Shown here: positions 46,592-56,463 of the stretch, piece by piece
How positions within the stretch are numbered: position 1 is the stretch's first letter
Layout: each line of letters starts with the position of its first letter
Assembly: GCA_903885445.1 (NCBI GenBank)
Contig: CAISIO010000006.1
Location: 79,309 to 143,308 of the forward strand
DNA length: 64,000 bases
DNA from: Candidatus Staskawiczbacteria bacterium
GTDB taxonomy: Bacteria; Patescibacteriota; Minisyncoccia; Minisyncoccales; Staskawiczbacteraceae
Direction of reading: 5' to 3'
Position numbers and translations under genes: made by a program
The notes under the pieces: generated by a model
The model's database searches: none
What the model was told of the DNA's origin: nothing
What the model saw: only the letters and a program-made list of their open reading frames with translations

Positions 46592-47539
46592 TTATTTAAC
46601 TCTGGAAAATCTAGTGAAGCCCGAGCAGGAAACAACTTCAATTCCTTGTTTTTCTAATTCATCTATAAATAGGTTCACTCCCAAAGAATCAGATGAAATA
46701 TGTCCAGCGATTACAATGTTAACATGGGCAAATTCTGCTTCTTTTTTATGCTCTTCGGAAACATGCATTCCCACTACAGTACCAACTCCGGCTTGCGCCA
46801 TTTTTTCATAAAGCTTGGGAGACCCTTCTGTCCCGCCGGTAATTTCTGACAAGGCAATTTTTCCGCAACGGTTTTCCGGCGATCCCACAAATATTTTTGG
46901 CCCGACTCCTATTTTCATGGCTTCTTTGTATTCGGGAATTTCCTTCAAAGCATCAATTAATTCGCCGACTTTTTCGGGGTTTCTGTCTTCAACAAAATTT
47001 TTCAAAAACTTAGCCGCCAAATTATCGCACGGAGTATGAGAATTCATCAAATTTATTTTCATTAATCTGGCTGCATCAACTGTTCTTTGGTGATTGGACG
47101 AATTAACATCTCTGGCAACTTCCGAAATTCTTTCTTTCATTAGGCCTTCTGCAACGTTTATGGGCACGCCGTAATAATTGCAAACGTCCGCCTGTAATTC
47201 CATAACATCTGCCAGCTGAGCAAGCCCTTTTCCCACAGGGTGATGCGCAATTACCAAATCAATACCGCCCAATTCCTTGGCGATTAAAATTTCTCCGGGC
47301 CCCACATCTATACCGACCAAAATTCTTTTAATCTCTTTATCGTCAGAAACATTATAAACTCCCGAATCCAAATAGGGATTTTCCAGCGACTCTTTATCAA
47401 ATTCATCTCTCTCCTTTCCCGATGTTTTATCAAACATTTTCTTTTTGCCATCCAAAAGTTTCTGGACGCCGTCCCTTCCCCTAAAATCGGAGTCAATACC
47501 CATTTTTACTGCCAACTTAAAAACGTCTTGCGTTTTCAT
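46592..47539 (-). CDS. NIF3-like dinuclear-metal-centre protein
   Basis: GIDLVIAHHP and C-terminal IAGHISSD motifs. Confidence 0.65.
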   Translation of the reverse strand: MKTQDVFKLAVKMGIDSDFRGRDGVQKLLDGKKKMFDKTSGKERDEFDKESLENPYLDSGVYNVSDDKEIKRILVGIDVGPGEILIAKELGGIDLVIAHHPVGKGLAQLADVMELQADVCNYYGVPINVAEGLMKERISEVARDVNSSNHQRTVDAARLMKINLMNSHTPCDNLAAKFLKNFVEDRNPEKVGELIDALKEIPEYKEAMKIGVGPKIFVGSPENRCGKIALSEITGGTEGSPKLYEKMAQAGVGTVVGMHVSEEHKKEAEFAHVNIVIAGHISSDSLGVNLFIDELEKQGIEVVSCSGFTRFSRVK

Positions 47540-47540
47540 A

Positions 47541-47666
47541 TTATTTTACCGGATTGAGCTTATTATACATTTCCTTAATAAGCTCTTCCTGCTTTTTTAC
47601 ATCTAAAAACTGGCGTCTTATCTGCGCCTTTTGTTTACGGATGAATATCCTGATTGATTTTGACAT
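47541..47666 (-). CDS. Possible 41-aa basic small protein
   Basis: ATG at 47666 to TAA at 47541 (MSKSIRIFIRKQKAQIRRQFLDVKKQEELIKEMYNKLNPVK). It fills an otherwise empty 226-nt gap. No clear SD and no homology. Confidence 0.25.
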   Translation of the reverse strand: MSKSIRIFIRKQKAQIRRQFLDVKKQEELIKEMYNKLNPVK

Positions 47667-47766
47667 TTTTTTATACATATTTTTATATACAAATCTATTT
47701 TAGCAAACAAAAAAAGACACTTCCTATGTCTTCTATACATTACCACGAATTAAGATAAAATGAAAG

Positions 47767-48987
47767 CTACCTGCTTTTTACCGCTTCTCGGGCGATTCGG
47801 CGGTCATCCCATGGAATTTTGCGTCCATTTCCAATGCACATCCATGGTTCAGACCCTTTTCCTGTGATGATAACAACATCTCCAGGTTTCGCAAGTTTCA
47901 TGGAGGTTTCAATGGCTTCTTTTCTATCTAATATTTTTTTTACATTTTCTCCTGCAGTTTCAGCAACCTGGTTAATAATTTCCATCGGGTTTTCATCATA
48001 AGGATCTTCATTGGTAATTATAATTACCTTGCAATATTTTTTTGCAATTTCTCCTAAAACTGGCCTTTTCCACTTGTCTCTCCCGCCTCCGCAAGAACCT
48101 AAAACACAAATTATTTTTTCATCTTTGAAGGTTTTATAAACCGCTTCCAGCTGATCTGGCGTATGAGCGTAGTCAACAATAGTCTTAATCGGGCTTTCGG
48201 AAATAACCTCCATCCTGCCCGAAATTCCCTTCGCCTTTTCCAAAGCTTTTTTGCAAACTTCCAAATTTATTTCATAAGCCTTGGCAACACAAATCGCCGC
48301 CAGTGCATTATAAATATTAAATTCTCCAAATAAATTAAGAGCAAACTTTTGCCCGCTAATTTCAAAACCAATGCCGTTCTCGGTACTTATATTTTTTACA
48401 TTTTTCATGCTGAATCCTATTTTTTTATTGGCGGGAATATCTATAAAATATTTCGCGTTTTCATCGTCGGCGTTTATCACGTGTATATTTTTTGTTGCTG
48501 TAAAAAGCTTCAGTTTCTCGCTTCGGTAGTTGCTGAAACCCCCGTGGCTTTCGATATGTTCTGGAGTTATATTTGTAAATACTGCTGTATCAAAATTTAC
48601 AAACTTATGTCGGAATTGCCTTATGCCTTCCGATGTAATCTCTAAAACAACAAAATTACAACCTGCTTTTTTTGCCTGGCCCAAAAATTTTTGGATTACA
48701 AGTCTGCCGGGCATTGTCATTTTATACTTATTTTCCCATTCTTTTTCTCCAATCTTAAATCTGATTGAAGACAAAGAAGCAACCTTATTGCCATTTTCCT
48801 CAAAAATCCTTGTTATAAAATCAGTTGTGGTTGACTTTCCGCTGGTTCCTGTAACCCCGATAATTTTCATCTTCTCACTCATTCCCGGAAACCCAAAAAT
48901 CACAGCCCCAAATAGAGCCCAGCAAAAATGATATCCTCTCAATAAAAACTTCGGTATAAACTTTTTCAACGCCTCTTTAAAATTCAT
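47767..48987 (-). CDS. Mur ligase family protein (MurE-like)
   Basis: P-loop GVTGTSGKSTT, then DYAHTPD and ITNEDPYDENP. The ATG at 48987 lies 1 nt after the upstream stop; the ORF-track start is GTG at 49008. Confidence 0.8.
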   Translation of the reverse strand: MNFKEALKKFIPKFLLRGYHFCWALFGAVIFGFPGMSEKMKIIGVTGTSGKSTTTDFITRIFEENGNKVASLSSIRFKIGEKEWENKYKMTMPGRLVIQKFLGQAKKAGCNFVVLEITSEGIRQFRHKFVNFDTAVFTNITPEHIESHGGFSNYRSEKLKLFTATKNIHVINADDENAKYFIDIPANKKIGFSMKNVKNISTENGIGFEISGQKFALNLFGEFNIYNALAAICVAKAYEINLEVCKKALEKAKGISGRMEVISESPIKTIVDYAHTPDQLEAVYKTFKDEKIICVLGSCGGGRDKWKRPVLGEIAKKYCKVIIITNEDPYDENPMEIINQVAETAGENVKKILDRKEAIETSMKLAKPGDVVIITGKGSEPWMCIGNGRKIPWDDRRIAREAVKSR

Positions 48988-48988
48988 T

Positions 48989-49396
48989 TTATTCGTGCAA
49001 TCCCGCACCTGGAGCGCGGCGAGTGCTCACATAACAAATGTATTTTGCCCCGGCCATGGCTACCCCCTCACAATTACCTGATAAAGTAGTCATGAAGTTA
49101 GAATCACGATAAATGATAGGCCCGGTTTCCACATTAAATTCGTCTCCTTGGTTTAATGTTATCTGATTATTAAATTCGACTTTTTTATTATTAACTAAAA
49201 CATAAACTTCTGTTGGCGTTATGGTGTCCGCCAAGCTTATATTGACCTCTAAAACAGCTTTTAGGCTTTCAACTACCGGCAACGAACTCGCTGGAACTCC
49301 CTGTTTGGCCGGCTTATTAAAATATCTGAAATAAACAAATCCGGCAGTGATTGCTAGCGCAATAATTATAAACGATAAAATCATACTTTTGTTCAT
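48989..49396 (-). CDS. small membrane-anchored protein (hypothetical)
   Basis: N-terminal anchor ILSFIIIALAITAGFVYF. 135 aa. Confidence 0.55.
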   Translation of the reverse strand: MNKSMILSFIIIALAITAGFVYFRYFNKPAKQGVPASSLPVVESLKAVLEVNISLADTITPTEVYVLVNNKKVEFNNQITLNQGDEFNVETGPIIYRDSNFMTTLSGNCEGVAMAGAKYICYVSTRRAPGAGLHE

Positions 49397-49408
49397 ATGA
49401 TGATTTGA

Positions 49409-51370
49409 TTATTGAGCGGTTATGGTTTGCGCTGAAAGGGGAAAATTAGAAACTCTAAAACCGTTGTACCAATCATTTGTAGAAAAATTATTTAACCCGC
49501 TATGCGGAAAATATCCGAGCGCAGATTTATCAGACCATAATAAATTATAATAAGCCACTGAAATATCTGTCGGGGATTTTGCCAGCCCGTAAATGTTTGT
49601 AAAGGCCATTCTTAGATATTTACCATTGCTGGAAACCGCTGTATCTTGCGGAATAGATGTCGAGATAGAGTCCGCGCCTGAAGAATTTTTTATAAAATTA
49701 TTGGCAGTTGCCTTTAAAATATAAGTTTGGGTTTTCCCGGCGGGAATCACTTCTTCATCATTAAAAGTTACAACCACAGAGCTTGTCCCATAGCCAATGC
49801 CGATATTGATTAAGCTTGAATATGAATTATTGACGTCATTTCCAATTAAGACCGCCCCTGTGTAATCGGTATTCCCTTTAAAAAATTTAAAATCATTCAA
49901 ATGCGGGAAACTTTTATTGGCATCGGTAATTGTTATGGAAAATATTATTTGCTTCACGGCAATATCCCCATTTTGATCGGCTCCGATGCTGAATGTATAA
50001 AGATCCGCGTTTGATCCGTTTGTTATGCTTGCGTTGGAAGAAACTGCTGTAAAAGTCGGCATGCTTCTAAACGTATATATACTGTTAACTGTAATACCAG
50101 CATCGGGCAAAGCAATGCCGCCGTAAGAAGCAGTCATATTGTTATAGCTAACGGCCGCTCCGTCAAATAGTTTCCCCTTGCTATCTACGGCTCTGACATA
50201 AGTTAGTATGGGCGCAATATTTATGTTTGTGCCGCTGGAATTAATGGTTGCGCCTAAATTATAAGAAAGTGTTACAGACACAGACGAGTTCAAAATAACG
50301 GGCGTATTAGTAGTAAAATCAAAAATATAGTTTTTACCGTCGTAGATAGCCGGTGCCGGCGCAGAAGATAGCGAAGCCTGAGTTGTAGTGTCAGACAAAC
50401 GTGCGTCTAATATCGGCAAAACGTTCTGGGAGCAAGGGACAACAAATTTTAAATTTGAAATATTATACGAATCTCCGCTTGCCGTAAACTTAAATTTTCC
50501 TGCGATAATTTTTTGGCTATTGGCAACTATTTTCGCCTGCGGAGTTGAGCTATCTTGGCTCACAGACAAAGAGCTTGAACCAAAAGTTATATTCTGGCTG
50601 GCCAAAACGGCGTTTAAATTAGTTCCTACAGCAGTCGCAGAAACCGCTGACTTTCCCGTCACTAAGGCGCCAGAATTAATTGTTGAGCTAAGAGGAATTG
50701 AAGAATTAACATCTCCAAATAATGACAAATCAATTGTTTGCCCTACAGGCAACTGGTAATCTATCAAAAAATAATTGTTATGCGAAACGGTGCTGACGGC
50801 CGCTGTTTTTTCGCTTCCATAAGCTATATACAATTTTGTAATATACTGGTTGGCGACATACAAGTTAGAGCCCACGGCCAGGTCAATCTGTATTTTTTTT
50901 AAATTTACAGCTTCCGATGTATTGTTTTTCAATAAAAAATCAGCCAACTTAAATTTTATCTGAGGCGCGGTGATTTTCTGGTCAGGATACGCCGAATTTC
51001 GCGACAACTCCAGAGTGCCGGTCAACGGCGCTGGCTTCAGTAAACCCGTGGTTATTTGGCCGCTGGGGGGGTTACTTGCTGGCGTTTGGACAACAGCCGA
51101 ACCGCTGTTAATAGCTTGCCTTGTCAGCGGTCCGACATAACCGGTTGGATTAATCTTTTGGTTCGCCTGGTATTTTTTAACTGCGCTTAAAGTTAAAGAA
51201 TAAAAATTGCCGGTCGCCTGCCCGGTTAAAAATCCTTTTCCGATTAAATACTGCTGGAGCTCTTTTACTCCACCGTTGTTGGTTAAGCCGTAATAAAGAT
51301 TCTGGCTAATTTCAGCCGAAACAAAAGCCGGTGCCAATAATAGTAATAAAACTAAATATATTTTTTTCAT
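49409..51370 (-). CDS. secreted protein with an N-terminal peptidoglycan-binding-like domain and a long Ser/Thr/Asn-rich region
   Basis: Signal peptide MKKIYLVLLLLLAPAFVSA. PG_binding_1-like VKELQQYLIGKGFL..LTLSAVKKYQANQ. Confidence 0.7.
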   Translation of the reverse strand: MKKIYLVLLLLLAPAFVSAEISQNLYYGLTNNGGVKELQQYLIGKGFLTGQATGNFYSLTLSAVKKYQANQKINPTGYVGPLTRQAINSGSAVVQTPASNPPSGQITTGLLKPAPLTGTLELSRNSAYPDQKITAPQIKFKLADFLLKNNTSEAVNLKKIQIDLAVGSNLYVANQYITKLYIAYGSEKTAAVSTVSHNNYFLIDYQLPVGQTIDLSLFGDVNSSIPLSSTINSGALVTGKSAVSATAVGTNLNAVLASQNITFGSSSLSVSQDSSTPQAKIVANSQKIIAGKFKFTASGDSYNISNLKFVVPCSQNVLPILDARLSDTTTQASLSSAPAPAIYDGKNYIFDFTTNTPVILNSSVSVTLSYNLGATINSSGTNINIAPILTYVRAVDSKGKLFDGAAVSYNNMTASYGGIALPDAGITVNSIYTFRSMPTFTAVSSNASITNGSNADLYTFSIGADQNGDIAVKQIIFSITITDANKSFPHLNDFKFFKGNTDYTGAVLIGNDVNNSYSSLINIGIGYGTSSVVVTFNDEEVIPAGKTQTYILKATANNFIKNSSGADSISTSIPQDTAVSSNGKYLRMAFTNIYGLAKSPTDISVAYYNLLWSDKSALGYFPHSGLNNFSTNDWYNGFRVSNFPLSAQTITAQ

Positions 51371-51371
51371 T

Positions 51372-52187
51372 TTAAGCTGCTATTTCTCGGTCAACTGCAC
51401 TATCAAAATCTTTCGCTATTTTTAAAACTAACCTCAAAAAACTTCCGTCTTTCTTCTTTTTCTGCTTTAGCGCCCCTTCATAGATACCGGCCCCCATACT
51501 TTTTATTCTTTCATCGTCCATGGGCATGTCATACTCATCAAAAAACTCTTTTAATTTTATCGCATCTGTTTCTGGGGCGCCGGTTAATCCTTCTAACCCG
51601 CCGCTCAAAGTTTGAACCTCATAAGAAAGTTTCGCTAAAGCAGCGTCGCCTCCCACTTTTTCTGCGACCGCAAGATAGCTCTCTTTAAACATTCCTGCTT
51701 TTGCTAAAAACGTGCCCGGCTTTGCCTCACGCGCATCTTCACCGGTTTTCCTTCCTTCGTCATAAACTTTCCTTTTTTCCGGATCGCTCAAGCATTCAAA
51801 GGCGTTTTGCATAATTTTAAATCTCTTCTCTGCGTCGGCCATACCCTCTGGAGCTTTGTCCTTCTGGCTATCCGGATGATTTTTTAAAACTCCCTTTCGA
51901 TGCGCCCTTTTTATTTCTTCGGCACTGGCATCCGGACTTATTCCTAAGTTTTCGTAAAAATCTTTAGAGTCTAAATTCGGTTCTGTTTCTGTTTTTTCCG
52001 CAGCTTCTTTGCGCGCTTCCGCGAGCTCTTCTGCTTTTTTCGCTGCTTCCGCCTCCTGTCTCCGCCTTACAGCCTCCGGATCGCTAACCTCGATTGGATA
52101 CGTTTCTTCCACGGGCGGCAAAACTTCAGCCACCGGCTCTTCATTTTCTTTTTCTGGTTCGGGCAAGCCTTCTGCTTTGTTTGTCAT
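51372..52187 (-). CDS. J-domain protein (not canonical DnaJ)
   Basis: DFYENLGISPDASAEEIKRAHRKGVLKNHPD carries the HPD tripeptide. No Gly/Phe region or zinc-finger region. Confidence 0.75.
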   Translation of the reverse strand: MTNKAEGLPEPEKENEEPVAEVLPPVEETYPIEVSDPEAVRRRQEAEAAKKAEELAEARKEAAEKTETEPNLDSKDFYENLGISPDASAEEIKRAHRKGVLKNHPDSQKDKAPEGMADAEKRFKIMQNAFECLSDPEKRKVYDEGRKTGEDAREAKPGTFLAKAGMFKESYLAVAEKVGGDAALAKLSYEVQTLSGGLEGLTGAPETDAIKLKEFFDEYDMPMDDERIKSMGAGIYEGALKQKKKKDGSFLRLVLKIAKDFDSAVDREIAA

Positions 52188-52216
52188 ATTCTATAAATTA
52201 TTTTATTTGTATTATA

Positions 52217-52777
52217 TTATCGCCCTAAGGTTTTTAACGCAAGCTTTATGCGTTCTTCTGAATCTTTTACACTAGCCGGAACACGAGCCAAGGAATCTTT
52301 TGCCTGCTGTTTGGAGAAACCAAGCTGCATTAAGGCGCCCTCTGCCTCGTCGGCTGAACCTTTTTTCTGCCCCAGCATTTTAATTTTTCCGGTTAATTCC
52401 AAAATTATTGTCATTGCTTTCTTAGAACCTATTCCCGGAATTCCCTCAAAAATTTTTTCGTCTTGCTTTAAGATTCTGTCTTTTATTTTATCTAAAGATC
52501 CCAGAGCCGAAATATCCAAAGCTGATTTTGGCCCTACTCCCCGTATATCCATTAATGTTTCAAAAAATTCCAACTCATCATAGGTCAAAAATCCGTACAA
52601 ATCTAATGCTTCCTCTTTTACGTTTTGATATGTAAAAACCTTGAGATTTTCCCCTATTTCTGGTAATCTGGATAAGTTCTGGCGGTTTAGAAAAACCTTG
52701 TAGCCAACGCCAGCTACTTCTAATATAATAAACTTATCCCGCTTCAAAATTATTTTCCCGTCTAAATAAGATATCAT
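52217..52777 (-). CDS. ruvA: Holliday junction DNA helicase subunit RuvA
   Basis: MISYLDGKII..VGYKV OB domain, and HhH GVGPKSALDI and IPGIGSKKA. ATG at 52777; the ORF-track extension is rejected. Confidence 0.9.
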   Translation of the reverse strand: MISYLDGKIILKRDKFIILEVAGVGYKVFLNRQNLSRLPEIGENLKVFTYQNVKEEALDLYGFLTYDELEFFETLMDIRGVGPKSALDISALGSLDKIKDRILKQDEKIFEGIPGIGSKKAMTIILELTGKIKMLGQKKGSADEAEGALMQLGFSKQQAKDSLARVPASVKDSEERIKLALKTLGR

Positions 52778-52796
52778 CGTATTATCTATATAGTAT

Positions 52797-54746
52797 ATGA
52801 AATTTAAGCTAAAATCAAAATTCAAGCCAACTGGCGACCAGCCAAGAGCCATAGAGCAGTTGACTAAAAATTTAAAATCCGGGGTCAAAGACCAGGTGCT
52901 TTTAGGCGTTACCGGATCGGGAAAAACTTTTACTTTAGCCAATGTCATCCAAAAAATACAAAAACCAACGCTAGTTATCTCGCCTAACAAAACCCTGGCC
53001 GCACAACTTTACCAGGAGTTTAAAGAGTTTTTCCCAAACAACGCGGTCCACTATTTCGTTTCTTATTATGATTATTACCAGCCCGAAGCATATATCCCGC
53101 AGTCAGATACATATATAGAGAAAGACGCAAAAATCAACGAAGAAATTGACCGCTTAAGGCATGCTGCTGTCCAAGATGTGACAATGAGAAGAGATGTCAT
53201 TGTGGTCGCTTCCGTTTCTTGTATATATAACATCGGCTCGCCGGAAAATTATGAAAACGTTTCTTTGGAGATAAAGCTAAACCAAAAAATAAAGCGAAAA
53301 GATTTTCTGGTACTTCTGAATAATTTACAGTATCAAAGAAACGACATTGATTTTAAGCCAGCCATGTTCAGGGTGCGCGGAGATATTGTTGAGATCTATG
53401 TCGTAACCGGAGAAAAAATATTAAGAGTGGAATTTGACGGTGATAAAATAGATAAAATTTCTGAAACCGCTCCAGGAGTTGGACAAAAATATAAATTGGC
53501 GGGAGAAAAAGTCAAATTATTCCCGGCTCATTTTTGGGTGACTCCGCAGGACAAAGTTAATATCGCCACAAATAATATCCGCCTGGAGCTAGAGCAAAGA
53601 TTGAAAGAATTAAAAAAACAAAATAAATTGTTGGAAGCCGAAAGATTGGAGCAAAAAACAAACTATGATTTGGAGATGTTAAAAGAAACCGGCTGGTGCC
53701 ACGGCATTGAAAATTATTCCAGCCACATGGAATTCAGAAAACCCGGCCAGGCGCCATTTTCTTTGGTTGATTATTTTAATTACTTCAATCCCGACGGCTC
53801 GTTAATTTTTATAGATGAATCACATATTTCGGTTTCTCAAATCCGTGCAATGTCAGTGCAGGATAAAATAAGAAAGCAGACTTTAATTGATTTCGGTTTC
53901 AGGTTACCATCGGCAATTGATAACCGACCTTTAACTTTTAAAGAGTTTGAGGAAAGGCAAAAACAAACAATTTATGTTTCTGCCACGCCTGCTATTTTTG
54001 AAAAACAAAAAGCAGGCAAAAATATCGCCGAACAAATAATAAGGCCAACGGGGCTTCTTGAGCCGTCAATTGAAATTAAAAAAACAGAAAACCAAATACA
54101 AGATTTAATAGAAGAGATTAAAAAGCAGGTTGCAAAAAAAGAAAGAGTGCTGGTAGTCACTCTAACTAAGCGACTGGCGGAAGAAATATCTAATTATTTA
54201 ACGGAAAGGGGAATCAAAACCCAATATCTGCACTCGGAAATTAAAACAATGGAACGGCCAGGGATTTTAAAAGATTTGCGGGAAGGAAAATATGACGTGC
54301 TAGTGGGAATAAATCTCTTGAGAGAGGGGATCGATTTGCCGGAAGTTTCTTTGGTAGCGATTTTAGACGCAGATAAAGAAGGGTTTTTAAGGAACGAGAC
54401 GACTTTAATTCAAACAATGGGCAGAGCAGCCAGACATATAAGCGGCCGCATAATTTTGTATGCCGACAAAACAACCGGCTCCATGCAATCAGCCATAAAT
54501 GAAATCACCAGAAGAAGAAAAATCCAGGAAGATTACAATAGAAAAAACAACATAACTCCTAAAACAATAATTTCAGACATTCGTGATTGGGGATTTTCCA
54601 AGAAAGAGGATATTAAAGAAGAGTTCGGATTTGTACACGATAAAAAACTTCTGGAAAAAGAAATGAAAATTGCCGCCAAAAATCTAGACTTTGAAAGGGC
54701 GGCTGAAATCAGAGACCTAATAAAAAAAACAAAAGAGCCCGCGTGA
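52797..54746 (+). CDS. uvrB: excinuclease ABC subunit B
   Basis: PTGDQPRAI, GVTGSGKTFT, DESH, and the C-terminal UVR motif LDFERAAEIRD. Confidence 0.95.
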   Translation: MKFKLKSKFKPTGDQPRAIEQLTKNLKSGVKDQVLLGVTGSGKTFTLANVIQKIQKPTLVISPNKTLAAQLYQEFKEFFPNNAVHYFVSYYDYYQPEAYIPQSDTYIEKDAKINEEIDRLRHAAVQDVTMRRDVIVVASVSCIYNIGSPENYENVSLEIKLNQKIKRKDFLVLLNNLQYQRNDIDFKPAMFRVRGDIVEIYVVTGEKILRVEFDGDKIDKISETAPGVGQKYKLAGEKVKLFPAHFWVTPQDKVNIATNNIRLELEQRLKELKKQNKLLEAERLEQKTNYDLEMLKETGWCHGIENYSSHMEFRKPGQAPFSLVDYFNYFNPDGSLIFIDESHISVSQIRAMSVQDKIRKQTLIDFGFRLPSAIDNRPLTFKEFEERQKQTIYVSATPAIFEKQKAGKNIAEQIIRPTGLLEPSIEIKKTENQIQDLIEEIKKQVAKKERVLVVTLTKRLAEEISNYLTERGIKTQYLHSEIKTMERPGILKDLREGKYDVLVGINLLREGIDLPEVSLVAILDADKEGFLRNETTLIQTMGRAARHISGRIILYADKTTGSMQSAINEITRRRKIQEDYNRKNNITPKTIISDIRDWGFSKKEDIKEEFGFVHDKKLLEKEMKIAAKNLDFERAAEIRDLIKKTKEPA

Positions 54747-54771
54747 GCGGACTCTTTTTGATAGTGGTTAA

Positions 54772-56343
54772 TTAAGCTACTTTTCTACTTTTGCGCTGCT
54801 TTTTAACCTGGGTTATCGCTTTTTTCATTTGCTTTTTGCGCTGCTTTTTTTCCACTTTTGTCTTGTCTTCAACCGGTTCTAACACAGGCTTAGGTTGTTC
54901 TACCAATTTTTCTGCTTTATAAGATTCCACCGCTTGCGCTATTATTTCTTTGGCGCAAGTTTGTTTTACTTCTTGCAGCCTCCTCTTCCCTTCACTAATT
55001 TTTGCATCAACTATTGCTACCGCACGTTCTTTTATTTTTTTATCGGGGTTTTCCGCCACCCACGTGTTAATATCCTCCTTGCTTCCGTCAGACTCCAAAG
55101 ACGTTTTACCGTCTGCAGATGGTATTACTACTGCAGTAAATCCAAAAAGCCTTTTAAGCCAGCCCCTTATTTTTGCATCCTCCGGCTTCAGGCCCGCATT
55201 TACCAGGCCCGCGAAAACGTCTTCAGATATGCTTAATTTTTTCATTTTTTGTTCAAGGTGCGCCTTAAACTCCGACGAGCCTTGTCCTTTTAACCGGACT
55301 TTGTCTTTATCAGAAAGCCGCGCCCAGCAAGTTGCGACCGACTTGGAACGCTCTTTTTCGTGAATCATTTCCTCTGCCTGCGCTATTGTCTTTTGCCTGT
55401 ATTCTTCAATCGCTTTTTTACCCACTAAAACCGTCATCCCTTTATCTCTTTCCCTTTTATATGCCATTTCGTTTCTTTCCCTGGCTAAATGCCTATGTTC
55501 TCCCGCTTCATTTTCTGTAAGATTTCTAAAAGATTCTACGGCCCTTCTCGGGTCCCTACCTATCACTCCTGAATCGGACAAAAATTCCGCCGCTTTTTCT
55601 TTGGCAGCTTTTATTGCTTCTGTTAATTTTTTGATCTCCGCATCAATAACTGGTCCAGCCTCCGCTTCTGCTAGCGGACCTCCTCTTGAAACCTCTGTCC
55701 TTCTCTCTTTCGCACCTTTAAGCTCTTGATATGTTTTTCCTATTTTTTCCCTGGGTTCCTGCATAGATTGCCTTGGTGTTGGAGCCTCTCCAACGGACTC
55801 TTCGCCCGACTTCTCAATTTCTTTTTTAACTAAATTTGCGCCCTCAGTTTGCACATGATATGCAATGGTTGTAATTGCTTTATCAAAAGCATCCTCGTTA
55901 AACTTTTCCCCGTAGGCGATTTGCAGTTCCTTCAAAAGAGCGGCTTGATCAACGCTTCCTTCGCTAAGCAACCTCCCCAACACCGCACCCTTATAACGAT
56001 CATCTTGTTTAGAAGGATCATTCTCGTCTTTTTCTTTTTGCCTTTCTGTATATTCGCTAAGTTTATCCATTAACTTTTTTACAAGCTCTTCATCGTCCGG
56101 CAAAATAATGTCTTTTCCTTTTTGCTCTACTACTTCAGCTTTCGCCGAGCCAAAAGTATCGCCCACCGCTTTCGTGTGATCAGTGTTCATTTGTTCAAGC
56201 GCAGCAACCGTATTTTCTGTTTTGGCATCCCGATTAATGCTGTCTGAATTAACATCATTAAATTCTTCTCCCTGTAAATTATTAATTAGACCGCTCCCGG
56301 ATTCCTGATCTGGTTCTCTCGGGCCCGTTTCTTTTGATGCCAT
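54772..56343 (-). CDS. hypothetical highly charged (Lys/Glu-rich) protein, 523 aa
   Basis: Long ORF with no recognisable motif, a very basic C-terminal tail, and a composition somewhat richer in G+C than its neighbours. Confidence 0.65.
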   Translation of the reverse strand: MASKETGPREPDQESGSGLINNLQGEEFNDVNSDSINRDAKTENTVAALEQMNTDHTKAVGDTFGSAKAEVVEQKGKDIILPDDEELVKKLMDKLSEYTERQKEKDENDPSKQDDRYKGAVLGRLLSEGSVDQAALLKELQIAYGEKFNEDAFDKAITTIAYHVQTEGANLVKKEIEKSGEESVGEAPTPRQSMQEPREKIGKTYQELKGAKERRTEVSRGGPLAEAEAGPVIDAEIKKLTEAIKAAKEKAAEFLSDSGVIGRDPRRAVESFRNLTENEAGEHRHLARERNEMAYKRERDKGMTVLVGKKAIEEYRQKTIAQAEEMIHEKERSKSVATCWARLSDKDKVRLKGQGSSEFKAHLEQKMKKLSISEDVFAGLVNAGLKPEDAKIRGWLKRLFGFTAVVIPSADGKTSLESDGSKEDINTWVAENPDKKIKERAVAIVDAKISEGKRRLQEVKQTCAKEIIAQAVESYKAEKLVEQPKPVLEPVEDKTKVEKKQRKKQMKKAITQVKKQRKSRKVA

Positions 56344-56408
56344 ATTTTTTTAGAAAATAAATTTTATATTATTCTTAATTTTACCACCAGCAAAAAAAAC
56401 AGTCAAAT

Positions 56409-56436
56409 AAAAAAAGAAGCCGGTCGTCAGACCAGC
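56409..56436 (-). terminator. Rho-independent terminator of the radical SAM gene
   Basis: Minus strand reads GCTGGTC-TGAC-GACCGGC followed by TTCTTTTTTT. A second perfect hairpin GGCTCAA/TTGAGCC lies at 56440..56457, between the stop and the terminator. Confidence 0.7.
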
Positions 56437-56463
56437 CTGGGCTCAAAAGGTTGAGCCTATGTT

